Notes: generated by a model not told the origin, from the letters alone. Counted from the stretch's first letter, positions 9,607-19,462 are shown. The stretch is DNA of 64,000 nucleotides from an uncultured Gammaproteobacteria bacterium (GCA_958295485.1 OY282354.1:2812042-2876041); one strand, 5' to 3'. Program-made: numbers and translations.

Positions 9607-10748
9607 TGACCGTCTGCTGCGGAAGATTTCAACACATTATCGATAAAACGTATGCCTTCCAATCCGTCTTCGACAGTGGGGACAAGCAGGCTACTCTGAT
9701 CCGGTTTACGGTTTTCAATATTAGCCCGAATTTGCTCGGCTGCATCCAGATAGATCTGTGCAAAACCTTCCAGGTAGCCCTCTGGATGGCCGGGAGGTGT
9801 ACGGGTTGCATGGGCAGCGGCCTCACCGGTACCCGCTCCGCCCCTGGTGATGATCTGAGCAGGTTCCCCCAGAGCGCTCCAATACAGACTATTGGGTTCT
9901 TCCTGCCGCCATTCCAGGCCTCCCTTTTCGCCATAAACCCGTATTTTCAGGGCATTAGCATTACCCGGCGCAACCTGGCTGGCCCAGATAGCGCCGCGCG
10001 CGCCATTGCTGTAGCGCAGCATGATTTGCACGTTATCGTCCAGTGCACGACCCTCGACAAAGGTATGCACGTCGGCTGACAATTGCCTTATCTTCAGACC
10101 GGTAATAAAGGCAGCCAGATTAAATGCATGAGTGCCTATATCGCCCAGACAGCCGGCCGGACCTGAGCGCGCCGGATCAGTGCGCCACTCCGCTTGTTTA
10201 ATGCCTTCATTTTCCAGGGGAGTGGAAAGCCAACCCTGAGGGTATTCAGCCTGTACTACGCGGATATTACCGAGCATGCCTTCGGCTACCATGTGCCGCG
10301 CATGTCTGACCAGCGGGTAAGCGGTATAGTTATGCGTCAGTGCAAATACACAGCCGGACTGCCGCACCGCCGTTTCCAGGGCTTCGGCATCGACCAGCGA
10401 TGAAGTCAAGGGCTTGTCGCAGATCACATGGATACCTTGCTCCAGGAAAGCTTTTGCTGCCGGGTAATGCAGATGGTTCGGAGTAACGATCCCTACCACA
10501 TCAATACCGTCTTCGCGCTTTGCCTCTGCCGCGGCCATTTCAGAAAAGTCGTCATAGATGCGGTCCGGGCTGATATTAATATCAGCGCCGGAGGCCTGGT
10601 TGTTTTCCGGGTCAGTTGAGAATACGCCGGCAACGAGCTCATATTGGTCGTCTATGCGTGCGGCAACCCTGTGAACGGCGCCTATAAAAGCCCCGATGCC
10701 GCCACCCACAAACCCAAGTCGTAACCTACGATTTCTTTTAGTCGTCAT
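9591..10748 (-). CDS. Gfo/Idh/MocA-family NAD(P)-dependent oxidoreductase (probable sugar 1-dehydrogenase)
   Basis: [18 protein letters not shown] Rossmann N-terminus and EKPL-type motif (ICDKPLTSS). Confidence 0.8.
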   Translation of the reverse strand: MTTKRNRRLRLGFVGGGIGAFIGAVHRVAARIDDQYELVAGVFSTDPENNQASGADINISPDRIYDDFSEMAAAEAKREDGIDVVGIVTPNHLHYPAAKAFLEQGIHVICDKPLTSSLVDAEALETAVRQSGCVFALTHNYTAYPLVRHARHMVAEGMLGNIRVVQAEYPQGWLSTPLENEGIKQAEWRTDPARSGPAGCLGDIGTHAFNLAAFITGLKIRQLSADVHTFVEGRALDDNVQIMLRYSNGARGAIWASQVAPGNANALKIRVYGEKGGLEWRQEEPNSLYWSALGEPAQIITRGGAGTGEAAAHATRTPPGHPEGYLEGFAQIYLDAAEQIRANIENRKPDQSSLLVPTVEDGLEGIRFIDNVLKSSAADGQWVDF

Positions 10749-10755
10749 GATGCGC

Positions 10756-11814
10756 CTACCGGTCGAGTCCTAACAGCCGCGCATTACCTTTGACATCCGG
10801 GTCGCCATTGGCAAAATCGTCGAAAGCCCGGTCAGCGACATGAATGATATGGTCAGCAATGAATTTGGCGCCTTCCGCAGCGCCGTCGTCGGAATGTTTG
10901 AACACGCATTCCCATTCACAAATCGCCCAACCGTCGTAGTCGTACTTCGCCAACTTCGAGAACACGCTCTTGAAGTCCACCTGTCCGTCTCCGAGCGAGC
11001 GAAAGCGCCCGGCCCGATCTTCCCAGCGCGAATAGCCAGAATACACACCCTGACGGCCATCCGGCACAAATTCCCCATCCTTGGCCACAAACACCTTGAT
11101 ACGATCATGGTAGAGGTCAATGAAATGCAGATAATCCAACTGTTGTAAAACCAGATGACTGGTATCGTAAAGAATATTGCAACGCGGGTGCCCGTCCAGC
11201 AAACCCAGGAAGCGTTCAAAGCTTGCGCCATCAAACAGATCCTCGCCTGGATGGATTTCATAACAGACATCAACGCCCAACTCATCGAACCTGTCCAGTA
11301 TCGGTTTCCAGCGCTTTGCCAGTTCCGCGAATGCCGCTTCCACCAGACCAGCCGGTCGTGGCGGCCAGGGGTAGAGAAAAGGCCAGGCCAGGGCGCCGGA
11401 AAAGGTCGAGTGCCGATCCAGGCCAAGATTGGCGGACGCCTGCGCGGATAGCATAAGCTGTTGAACCGCCCATTCTTGACGGGCCACGTGGTTGCGATGT
11501 ACGCCCGGCGGGGCGAAACCGTCAAACACATCGTCATAGGCCGGATGTACAGCCACAAGCTGTCCCTGCAGATGAGATGTCAGGTCTGTTAATTCCAGAT
11601 TATTCTCAGCCAGTATGCCTTTGATGTCGTCACAGTAGTCTCTATTCTGCGCAGCTTTTTGCAAATCAAAAAACCGCGGATCCCAAGTAGGCAGTTGCAA
11701 ACCCTTGTAGCCCAGAGACGAAGCCCATGCGGCGATATCAGGAAGGTTATTAAAGGGCGGGTTATCCGTGGCAAATTGGGCGATAAAAATAGCCGGGCCT
11801 TTGATGGTTTTCAT
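10756..11814 (-). CDS. xylose-isomerase-like TIM-barrel sugar phosphate isomerase/epimerase
   Basis: 352-aa ORF with the general pattern of AP-endonuclease-2/xylose-isomerase-like barrels. It is the first gene of the minus-strand operon, directly downstream of the operator palindrome. Confidence 0.6.
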   Translation of the reverse strand: MKTIKGPAIFIAQFATDNPPFNNLPDIAAWASSLGYKGLQLPTWDPRFFDLQKAAQNRDYCDDIKGILAENNLELTDLTSHLQGQLVAVHPAYDDVFDGFAPPGVHRNHVARQEWAVQQLMLSAQASANLGLDRHSTFSGALAWPFLYPWPPRPAGLVEAAFAELAKRWKPILDRFDELGVDVCYEIHPGEDLFDGASFERFLGLLDGHPRCNILYDTSHLVLQQLDYLHFIDLYHDRIKVFVAKDGEFVPDGRQGVYSGYSRWEDRAGRFRSLGDGQVDFKSVFSKLAKYDYDGWAICEWECVFKHSDDGAAEGAKFIADHIIHVADRAFDDFANGDPDVKGNARLLGLDR

Positions 11815-11856
11815 TGATTTATCACCTTTCCAGGGTAATTAAGTGACAGAAAATTA

Positions 11857-11872
11857 ATGGTAACGTTACCAT
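11857..11872. promoter_or_regulatory. candidate LacI-family operator, perfect palindrome ATGGTAACGTTACCAT
   Basis: Seen directly in the sequence, 43 bp upstream of the start of the minus-strand dehydratase operon and next to the LacI gene. Has the TGnnAnCGnTnnCA architecture of LacI/GalR/CcpA-type operators. Confidence 0.45.
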
Positions 11873-11923
11873 AGTTTATCGAAATTTCAAAGTGTTCTGA
11901 ACCTGTTAGAGAGCAGCTTAGCT

Positions 11924-12934
11924 CTATCCCCGCAACGGCGCCGTTGAATCCCGAACGACCAGCTTGTGCGAGACAATTTCAAGTGGGTTTGTGATCTGCT
12001 GACCCTGAATCAGACTGCATAGCAGATAGAGTCCGTGCTCGCCGATTTCCTGGGCTGGCTGGGCAATGGTCGTTAAAGGCGGAGTCATCACTTCAGCATA
12101 GCGGGTGTTGTCATAACCCATGATGGAAATATCATCCGGTATCCTAAGGCCGGCAGCCGCTATTTCCGCATAGGCGCCCAAAGCCATTTCATCATTTGTA
12201 CAAAAGATTGCCGTTGGTTTGCCACCCATTTTAAGTATTCGCCGGGTAGCCTTGCGACCACCTTCGATGGAAAGACTGCCGGGCGCCACCCAAGCTTCAT
12301 TCACCTTTAAACCAGCCTCTTTCATGGCTTCGCGAAAACCCATCTCCCGCTCACGCGTCAAAATCGAGCCTTCCTGACCACCGATACAGGCAATCTTTTG
12401 ATGGCCCAATTGCAGCAGGTGTTTCGTCGCATCCTTGCCGGCCGCCAGGTTATCGATCCGCACGGCGGGCAAGGATTCCAATCCAGGTACGACCGCTTCA
12501 CAACAAATAACAATAGGGGGAATTACTCTCGAGTTTTTCAGCGAATCGGAAAATGGAGAGCGTGCGCCCAACAGAATAATGCCGTCGGACTGCTTGGAGA
12601 GAATAAAATTGGTAAGCTCGTCCTTTGCAACCGGGTGGGCATCAGCTTCCTTAATCAGAATCATGTAGCTGAGCTCGCTGGCAACACGGTTGATACCCTC
12701 CATTACATCGGTAAAGAAGGGATCGCCGATGCCAGATACTACTACCACGATAATTCCGGTACTGCCGGTACGGAAATTCCGTGCTATCCGGTTGGGCGCA
12801 AACCCCATTTCCTGAACCACTTCAGCGACCTTACTTCTGGTCGCCGACTTGACGCTGTCCGGATCGTTAAAATATCGCGAAACCGTGGTTACCGATACGC
12901 CTGCCACTTCGGCAACTTCTTTCATTGACGCCAT
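11924..12934 (-). CDS. LacI-family transcriptional regulator
   Basis: N-terminal HTH MASMKEVAEVAGVSVTTVSRYFN and a periplasmic-binding-protein-like sugar-binding core. 336 aa. Confidence 0.9.
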   Translation of the reverse strand: MASMKEVAEVAGVSVTTVSRYFNDPDSVKSATRSKVAEVVQEMGFAPNRIARNFRTGSTGIIVVVVSGIGDPFFTDVMEGINRVASELSYMILIKEADAHPVAKDELTNFILSKQSDGIILLGARSPFSDSLKNSRVIPPIVICCEAVVPGLESLPAVRIDNLAAGKDATKHLLQLGHQKIACIGGQEGSILTREREMGFREAMKEAGLKVNEAWVAPGSLSIEGGRKATRRILKMGGKPTAIFCTNDEMALGAYAEIAAAGLRIPDDISIMGYDNTRYAEVMTPPLTTIAQPAQEIGEHGLYLLCSLIQGQQITNPLEIVSHKLVVRDSTAPLRG

Positions 12935-13079
12935 AAGACAACTTTATCTATCTCCGCATAATTGACCGCATTATACAGCTTGATTTGAAGCCGTCGGGAA
13001 AATCTTTTTCGGATTGCGCTATCAAGCTGTTTGGTCCCGACTGAAAAATGGAACAGCATTCATTTTAACACATCAAAAA

Positions 13080-13095
13080 ATGGTAACGTTTGCAT
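13080..13095. promoter_or_regulatory. degenerate copy of the operator (ATGGTAACGTTTGCAT) plus a TTACCAT half-site at 13117-13123
   Basis: Seen in sequence about 57 bp upstream of the SDR/SDR/mutarotase operon, and divergent from the LacI gene. Confidence 0.3.
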
Positions 13096-13151
13096 TTTTT
13101 TTCATAAACCTGAATAATTACCATCAAATAAACCGAAACAACCCTGACTGA

Positions 13152-13892
13152 ATGGCCGCAAGACTTAAAAACAAAACCATCCTGGTAACGGGTTCTGCCC
13201 AAGGTATTGGGCTGGCCAGCGCCCAGGCGTTTTTGGCTGAAGGCGCCAAGGTGATTGCTACGGATATTAATCTTGGACCGTTAAAAAACTCTGGATTAAG
13301 TGGTAACGCCGAGATCATCCCACTGGACGTGACAGATGCTCAGGCGATTAAGCAACTTGCTATACAGAATCCCGAGGTTTCCGTTTTGATGAATTGCGCT
13401 GGCACGGTGTGCAACGGCGCCGTTTTGGACTGCACCATCGAAGATATGAAGAAAAGCTTTGCGCTGAACGTATTTTCCATCTATAGCACGATACAAGCCT
13501 TCCTCCCCGCTATGCTGGAACGCGCTCAGGGATCAATAATCAATATCGCCTCGGTGGTATCCACTGTTACAACAGCAACTAACCGCTTTGCCTACAGCGC
13601 CAGCAAAGGCGCGGTCATTGCCCTGACTCGTTCCGTTGCGCGCGATTACATTGAATCAGGTGTGCGCTGTAACGCTATCAGCCCGGGAACAGTATATACA
13701 CCTTCCCTGGAGGAGCGTATTTCCGCAACGGATAACCCGGACGCCACCCGCAAAATGTTTATTGACAGGCAGCCCATGAAACGGCTTGGCCGAGCGGAAG
13801 AGATTGCGTCCGCGGCCGTTTATCTGGCCTCTGATGAATCGGCCTTTACCAGCGGAGAGAACCTGGTGATCGACGGCGGTTTCAGCCTGTAA
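13152..13892 (+). CDS. SDR-family oxidoreductase
   Basis: TILVTGSAQGIGLASAQAF Rossmann motif and YSASKGAV catalytic YxxxK. Confidence 0.85.
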   Translation: MAARLKNKTILVTGSAQGIGLASAQAFLAEGAKVIATDINLGPLKNSGLSGNAEIIPLDVTDAQAIKQLAIQNPEVSVLMNCAGTVCNGAVLDCTIEDMKKSFALNVFSIYSTIQAFLPAMLERAQGSIINIASVVSTVTTATNRFAYSASKGAVIALTRSVARDYIESGVRCNAISPGTVYTPSLEERISATDNPDATRKMFIDRQPMKRLGRAEEIASAAVYLASDESAFTSGENLVIDGGFSL

Positions 13893-13911
13893 CCACAAGA
13901 AGAGGGTTTGA

Positions 13912-14718
13912 ATGAACAGACAAACTAACAAAGCGGAAGACAAACTCGCCATTGTCACAGGCGGCGGCGCGGGAATAGGCGTCGATATTGTTCTAAGTCT
14001 CGCCAAACAGGGCTGGGACACAGTGATTAACTATTGGCATTCCGCCGAGCAAGCGAACCAGGTGGCAGAAAAAGCAACGGATTTCGGAGTTCAGGCGTTA
14101 TGCGTGCAGGCCGATGTAGGTAATGCTCAGGATATCGGCAACCTGTTTGATCTGTGCATACAACATTTTGGCAAAACCCCAAACCTGCTGGTAAACAATG
14201 CAGCTGTGCAAACTTGGTCCAGCTTTCTGGATCTTGCCGAGGAAGACTGGGCCAGCACCATCCAAACCAACCTGACCGGCTGCTTCCTCACCTCACAAAA
14301 ATTTGCCAGAAATCTGGTCCGGGATGGTAAAAAAGGAGCGATTGTCAACATTGGCTCAGGCTGTAATAAGTTGGCTTTCCCCAACCTGGTTGACTACACC
14401 GCATCCAAAGGCGGTTTGGAGATGCTGACAAAATCTGTTGCCGTTGAACTGGCCCCCCACGGGATAAGGGTCAATTGCGTGGCGCCGGGTGCGATAGAAA
14501 CCGGGCGCACACAAGCCGAAGCCGATGGTTATGCGGAGATTTGGGGCGATTTCACCCCGATGGGAAGGGTGGGAACACCCGATGATGTCGCCAAGGCAGT
14601 ACTCTTTTTTGCAAACCAGGACTCCGACTATATAACAGGCCAAACACTGTGGGTGGACGGCGGTGTATTTACCAAGGCAAACTGGCCCTATCAAAATGAT
14701 CCGCCTGGAAAAAATTGA
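13912..14718 (+). CDS. SDR-family oxidoreductase
   Basis: LAIVTGGGAGIG Rossmann motif, NNAAV and YTASKGGL catalytic motif. Confidence 0.85.
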   Translation: MNRQTNKAEDKLAIVTGGGAGIGVDIVLSLAKQGWDTVINYWHSAEQANQVAEKATDFGVQALCVQADVGNAQDIGNLFDLCIQHFGKTPNLLVNNAAVQTWSSFLDLAEEDWASTIQTNLTGCFLTSQKFARNLVRDGKKGAIVNIGSGCNKLAFPNLVDYTASKGGLEMLTKSVAVELAPHGIRVNCVAPGAIETGRTQAEADGYAEIWGDFTPMGRVGTPDDVAKAVLFFANQDSDYITGQTLWVDGGVFTKANWPYQNDPPGKN

Positions 14719-15760
14719 TCAACAAAGGATTTCCTCCGGCGAAAAGGTCGGTCTGTACAGGCTATCGAACAGCCAGGGGGTGGAAATTGAGATAATCGAA
14801 CTCGGCGGTGCGATAAGATCGCTTAAAACACCCGACTGGCGGGGCGACCAGGGAGACATTGTCCTCGGTTACCAAGGCGCCCAGGACTATCTGCTTGACG
14901 ACTGCTATATGGGAACCCTGATTGGTCGCTATGCGAATCGCATCGCCGGGGGCCGATTCAGACTGGGTAACAAATCCTACCAATTAACTACCAATGAAGG
15001 CGGCAATCATCTGCACGGGGGTAGAGTCGGTTTCAATAAGCGCCTGTGGCAGGCATCCGAATACCAGGATTCGACCGGGCCGACGCTAAAATTGACCCTG
15101 CGCAGCCCTGATGGCGAAGAAGGTTTTCCCGGCACTCTGGATATCTCGGTGGTCTATTCGCTATCGGAAAACAATCGATTCAATATTTTCTACGAAGCCA
15201 CCACGGATGCCGACACCATCCTTAACCTTACTCAGCATAGCTATTTTAATCTCTCCGCCGGGCAGGTGGATACCATTCTTGAGCATGAGCTGCAGATTCA
15301 GGCATCACACTACTTGCCAATCACCGAAAATCTCATCCCTGACGGTAAATTTGAAAACGTTTCCAGATCACCCCTTAATTTTTTAACTTCGAAACCTATA
15401 GGAAAAGATATTCATTCCACACACCCGCAAATTAATCTGGCCAAAGGTTACGATCACACGCTGGCGCTTGATCCTGGCCACCAGTCTTTCCACAAAGCAA
15501 CGGTTAATGAACCCGTATCCCGACGCCAAATGTTACTTTATACAGATCGACCCGGAGTTCAGCTCTACACGGGAAACTCATTAATAAAACCTTTAAAAAC
15601 AAAGGTAAAATCGGATTTAAACTTTATAAAATGGGGCGCCTTTTGTCTGGAGGCGCAGTCTTTTCCGGATGCTCCCAATCACCCCCTGTTTCCCTCTGCA
15701 AATTTATCCGCAGGCGGGATATACCGCACCGCCAGTAGCTATGAATTTCAATGTATCTAG
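14696..15760 (+). CDS. aldose 1-epimerase (galactose mutarotase family)
   Basis: MIRLEK... N-terminus, with NEGGNHLHGG and FCLEAQSFPDAPNHP blocks typical of mutarotases. Start chosen at the internal Met of ORF 14663..15760, overlapping the upstream SDR stop by 23 bp. Confidence 0.75.
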   Translation: MIRLEKIDQQRISSGEKVGLYRLSNSQGVEIEIIELGGAIRSLKTPDWRGDQGDIVLGYQGAQDYLLDDCYMGTLIGRYANRIAGGRFRLGNKSYQLTTNEGGNHLHGGRVGFNKRLWQASEYQDSTGPTLKLTLRSPDGEEGFPGTLDISVVYSLSENNRFNIFYEATTDADTILNLTQHSYFNLSAGQVDTILEHELQIQASHYLPITENLIPDGKFENVSRSPLNFLTSKPIGKDIHSTHPQINLAKGYDHTLALDPGHQSFHKATVNEPVSRRQMLLYTDRPGVQLYTGNSLIKPLKTKVKSDLNFIKWGAFCLEAQSFPDAPNHPLFPSANLSAGGIYRTASSYEFQCI

Positions 15761-15846
15761 ATCCAATGAGCTCGTCGCGGGAATACTGTCATCTCGCAAA
15801 TATCAATGAACTATTCCGGGTTAAATGTTGTTTTTTGTTTTTAATT

Positions 15847-15862
15847 ATGGTAACGTTACCAT
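15847..15862. promoter_or_regulatory. candidate LacI-family operator ATGGTAACGTTACCAT (copy in duplication unit 1)
   Basis: Perfect 16-bp palindrome identical to the site at 11857. Confidence 0.45.
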
Positions 15863-15955
15863 AATGAATGAATATAAAGCGTAAAACAGTTTTCACATTT
15901 ACTAATACCTGCAAACAACCTGCACAAATACATTACAAAAAGGGGGATTTCCACC

Positions 15956-16090
15956 ATGTTAAATAAAAGCAATCCGTTTGGCTGGCTTAATCCGGCGTTT
16001 TACATAGCCCCACTTATCATATTTGCCGCATCTCCGGCAGTTTTTAATGAGCTCGTTACAAGAATACTGTCATCTCGCAAATATAAATGA
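15956..16090 (+). pseudogene. 44-codon orphan ORF: duplicated signal-peptide start of the TonB-dependent receptor (MLNKSNPFGWLNPAFYIAPLIIFAASPAVF) fused to 14 out-of-context codons
   Basis: Created by the tandem duplication. Has its own AAGGGGG Shine-Dalgarno sequence and the same first 30 residues as the receptor at 16238. Confidence 0.5.
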
Positions 16091-16127
16091 ACTATTCCGG
16101 GCTGAATGTTGTTTTTTGTTTTTCATA

Positions 16128-16143
16128 ATGGTAACGTTACCAT
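16128..16143. promoter_or_regulatory. candidate LacI-family operator ATGGTAACGTTACCAT (copy in duplication unit 2, proximal to the receptor gene)
   Basis: Perfect 16-bp palindrome 95 bp upstream of the receptor start codon. Confidence 0.45.
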
Positions 16144-16237
16144 TATGAATGAATATAAAGCGTAAAACAGTTTTCACATTTACTAATTACCTGCAAACAA
16201 CCTACACAAATGCATTACAAAAAGGGGGATTCCCACC

Positions 16238-18757
16238 ATGTTAAATAAAAGCAATCCGTTTAGCTGGATTAATCCGGCGTTTTACATAGCCCCACTTATC
16301 ATATTTGCCTCATCTCCGGCAGTTTTTATCGCTACCGCAACGATCAGCCCTTCCGTGCTTGCACAGGATGGCGCGTTGGAAGAAGTCGTAGTAAGCGCCC
16401 GTAGAAGGGAAGAAAACCTGCAGGATGTTCCGGATACGGTGGTAGCCTTCACGGCGGAAACCATAGAGCGCGCTAATATCGAGATGGTCAGGGATATAAC
16501 CGCTGCTATTCCAAACGTCTCTATTGAGGAATCTCTAAGCCCGAACTCGACGTTCATTGGAGTACGCGGAATCGTTTCCACCCGGAACGGCGAACCGGCG
16601 GTAGCCATGGTCGTGGATGGTGTGCAAATAGGTAGCGCCGCGGAAGTGTCCCAAGCGTTCAGTGACGTTGAACAAATTGAATTACTAAAAGGTCCTCAGG
16701 GCGCCTTATATGGACGTAACGCCATCGGCGGCGCCTTATTGGTTACCACCAAAAAACCCTCCCAGGAATCCGCGGCTAACTTCACCGCAGGCATTGGTGG
16801 CAACGGGTGGGTCGAGGCTTCAGGGTCCGTCAGCGGTCCGATAAGCGACAACCTGTTTTTCAGGGTTTCAGGAAACTTCAAGGACTTCGACGGCACTATT
16901 GAAAACGAATACCTGGCGGGCTTGCTCGACAACAATGTCGTAATACCCGGCTTCCAGAATGACCTCGATAGTGACGAAACCTACGTAGACTTTGAGAATA
17001 ACAAGGATTGGCGCGCACGGTTGCTTTGGGAGGCATCAGAAAATACCGAAGTTGATTTCAGATACTCCCACAATGAGCTTGAAGCAGGCTCCTTCTGGTA
17101 TCGACCATTGTTTCGACTCGAAACTCCGGGGGTTCTCTATGATTTCCCCATCGGTAACGATGTAAACACTGCCGCCATCAGGGAGCTTGATAATTTTACC
17201 GTCAAAATCGACCATCAGGCATCTTTCGCCACCATTACCTCGATTACCTCCTATACCAGTACCGAGGAGCGTTATGGCGTCGCTTTTGAGGGCCGTGGTT
17301 CGTTTCAAATCGGCGATGTGGATTTCATAAACGACCAGTTCGTCGCCGAATTCGGCACCACGCGCTTCCCCAACGCTTCTCAAGCAGATATTGACCTTCT
17401 GAATGCACAGTTTGGCCAGGACGTGGGTAGTGACCAATTTTACGACATCGAAAACTGGTCACAGGAAATACGTTTTACATCTCCGGATGAAGGGCGTTTC
17501 CGTTGGGTGGCAGGCGCCTACGCTTTATGGACCGATCGCAAAGATACTATCCGCGCGGATTACTATAACAATCAGGGGTTGCCGCTTGACGGTACCTTGA
17601 ATACCTCACCCGATGCGCAGGGGTTGGATGGCGCGCTTCCCAATGCACTTTTGTTTGAAACATCCAATGACCAGGACAATTTCGCCTGGGCCCTTTTCTT
17701 TAATGCTGACTACGATCTGACGGACAGACTAACCTTAACCGGTGCACTTCGCTACGATCGGGATGGCCGGGAACTTACCCGGATTTCCGGACCGACAGTT
17801 GATGACGGTGGCGCCACTGGAGCGCTGCTCCAGACCTGTGTCGCCGATGGCGGCGTGACCTGCACCGCGTCCGGCACGGTAGAAGATGCGACCTTTTCCG
17901 CCTTCCAGCCCAAATTCTCACTCGCCTACGCCTGGTCTGACGACGTCACCCTGTATGGTACTTACGCACGGGGCTTCCGCAGTGGAGGTTTTAACGGAAC
18001 TAACGCGCTGCTGACAGAAACCTACGACAAGGAAATCCTGGACAGTTACGAGCTTGGCTTCAAGTCAACCCTGGTGGGAGGCACGCTACGACTCAATGGC
18101 GCCTTTTTCTACCAGGATTGGGAAAACTCACAAGTATTTGAGTTTGACGGCCAAGTGTTCGTACAAAGCCTGTACAACATACCCGAGAGTGAGGTTTACG
18201 GCGGTGAGCTAAGCTTTGACTGGGCCGCTACCGATAATCTGACTGTAAGTGGTGGCTTCGGCATCATGGAATCCGAGATCAAGGAATTTAATCCGGATAT
18301 TCGCGACAGGCTGCAAGCTGAAATCAATGCCAGATTTAGCAACACCGTTGCCCTGACCCCGGATGTACAAGCCGAATTCGATAGCAATTTTGAAGGCAAC
18401 AAGCTGGTAAAATTCCCACACCAAACGGCTAACCTCTCGCTGGTACACGAACTTCCCCTGAATAGCTTTGGAGGAAGCGATTTAATCACCCGCATTGACT
18501 ACAACGTACGCTCCAAACGGTTCTGGTGGATCGATAATATCAACGAAGAGGACACCGAACAGTTCGTTAATGTCAGTGTTTCCCTGGGCTTTGGCGACAA
18601 CTGGGAATTGCAGGGCTGGTGTAAAAACTGTTTAGACAACCAATCATTATCTGCATATGAACCGGCCGAGATGGTTCTGTTCGGTGGGGCTGCATTAGAC
18701 GTCGCCTACGAGGCAAGGCGCAGAACCTATGGAATAAAAGTGAACTATAGTTTCTAA
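16238..18757 (+). CDS. TonB-dependent outer-membrane receptor
   Basis: Long signal peptide and an EEVVVSARRREENLQDVPDTV TonB-box/plug region. 839 aa with a C-terminal ...YGIKVNYSF ending in Phe. Confidence 0.9.
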   Translation: MLNKSNPFSWINPAFYIAPLIIFASSPAVFIATATISPSVLAQDGALEEVVVSARRREENLQDVPDTVVAFTAETIERANIEMVRDITAAIPNVSIEESLSPNSTFIGVRGIVSTRNGEPAVAMVVDGVQIGSAAEVSQAFSDVEQIELLKGPQGALYGRNAIGGALLVTTKKPSQESAANFTAGIGGNGWVEASGSVSGPISDNLFFRVSGNFKDFDGTIENEYLAGLLDNNVVIPGFQNDLDSDETYVDFENNKDWRARLLWEASENTEVDFRYSHNELEAGSFWYRPLFRLETPGVLYDFPIGNDVNTAAIRELDNFTVKIDHQASFATITSITSYTSTEERYGVAFEGRGSFQIGDVDFINDQFVAEFGTTRFPNASQADIDLLNAQFGQDVGSDQFYDIENWSQEIRFTSPDEGRFRWVAGAYALWTDRKDTIRADYYNNQGLPLDGTLNTSPDAQGLDGALPNALLFETSNDQDNFAWALFFNADYDLTDRLTLTGALRYDRDGRELTRISGPTVDDGGATGALLQTCVADGGVTCTASGTVEDATFSAFQPKFSLAYAWSDDVTLYGTYARGFRSGGFNGTNALLTETYDKEILDSYELGFKSTLVGGTLRLNGAFFYQDWENSQVFEFDGQVFVQSLYNIPESEVYGGELSFDWAATDNLTVSGGFGIMESEIKEFNPDIRDRLQAEINARFSNTVALTPDVQAEFDSNFEGNKLVKFPHQTANLSLVHELPLNSFGGSDLITRIDYNVRSKRFWWIDNINEEDTEQFVNVSVSLGFGDNWELQGWCKNCLDNQSLSAYEPAEMVLFGGAALDVAYEARRRTYGIKVNYSF

Positions 18758-18773
18758 CCCCCCTTCCTCCCCG

Positions 18774-18824
18774 GTTGAGTGCAGCCGTCCTGGCTCTCCC
18801 CACAGCTGCACTCAACTTTCTTTG
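18774..18824 (+). terminator. putative intrinsic terminator
   Basis: 12-bp perfect inverted repeat GTTGAGTGCAGC...GCTGCACTCAAC, followed by TTTCTTTG, 17 bp after the receptor stop. Confidence 0.45.
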
Positions 18825-18947
18825 AACATCGCCGGAAAATTAAGGAACTATAAGACGCTACCGTTAATATACCGGGATTGAACGGGTGGATACATTTTCG
18901 CGAACCACCGCAAACCAGCGCTACTACAACGGTCTTGAAGTAACAGG

Positions 18948-19421
18948 TTATCGCTGTAAGAAGAAATTTTCGCGTGGACAGTATTTCCGCTCCGGAGGAA
19001 CAGTCGGCGTATCACAATCTTCCGCGCTACCACGAAAGGTCAATTCGATCATGATGCCGCTTGGGTCGTATACGAATAGCTGCCAAAGGTCGATTTCCTC
19101 AAGAATATTTTCTCGCCAGGCAAGCCCATGTTGTTCAAATAACGCCCGAAACGATGTGAATCCATGCGCTTCAATGGAGATATGATCGATAACCCCAGAC
19201 CCCACAGCCATTGATCCATCTGGCTCGCGCGCGGTATCTCCGGCATAAAGATGAATAATGATATCGCCGCTGGCCGTACCGGTTCGAAACCAGGCGCCTT
19301 CGAATCCAACATCAGGGCGCGGCGCCGGTTCAAGCCCCATGACGTCAGAGTAAAAGCGTTTCGAAGCGTCAAGGTCCGGAGTCTTTATGGCGATGTGGAA
19401 TAATTTTGTTACCAGCCTCAT
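18948..19421 (-). CDS. VOC-family (glyoxalase/bleomycin-resistance/dioxygenase fold) protein
   Basis: HIAIKTPDLDASKRFYSDVMGL N-terminal paired beta-alpha-beta-beta-beta module. About 157 aa. Confidence 0.65.
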   Translation of the reverse strand: MRLVTKLFHIAIKTPDLDASKRFYSDVMGLEPAPRPDVGFEGAWFRTGTASGDIIIHLYAGDTAREPDGSMAVGSGVIDHISIEAHGFTSFRALFEQHGLAWRENILEEIDLWQLFVYDPSGIMIELTFRGSAEDCDTPTVPPERKYCPRENFFLQR

Positions 19422-19462
19422 GGTTTTTTCCTCATGGTTTTTTCCTCACAGTCGTTTCGTCA

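Larger units (their letters stand above)
15765..16327. repeat. direct tandem duplication, 2 x 281 bp at about 96% identity, spanning promoter, operator and first 30 codons of the TonB-dependent receptor gene
   Basis: Copy 1 is 15765-16045 and copy 2 is 16046-16327. The junction motif AATGAGCTCG occurs at both copy starts. About 12 substitutions or indels separate the copies. Confidence 0.85.

Noticed and set aside
10770-11558. 262-aa minus-strand ORF overlapping the sugar-isomerase gene in another frame
   Set aside because: It lies entirely inside a well-supported longer ORF and has a low-complexity, Arg/Trp-rich composition typical of off-frame translation of GC-rich DNA.
12398-12928. 176-aa plus-strand ORF antisense to the LacI regulator gene
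   Set aside because: It is fully contained within the LacI ORF, which has a clear HTH and sugar-binding core.
15765-16327. Two copies of a promoter-leader region considered as two separate small genes or an IS element
   Set aside because: There is no transposase or terminal inverted repeats. The copies are directly tandem, with the junction inside a reading frame, so a simple tandem duplication is the better explanation.
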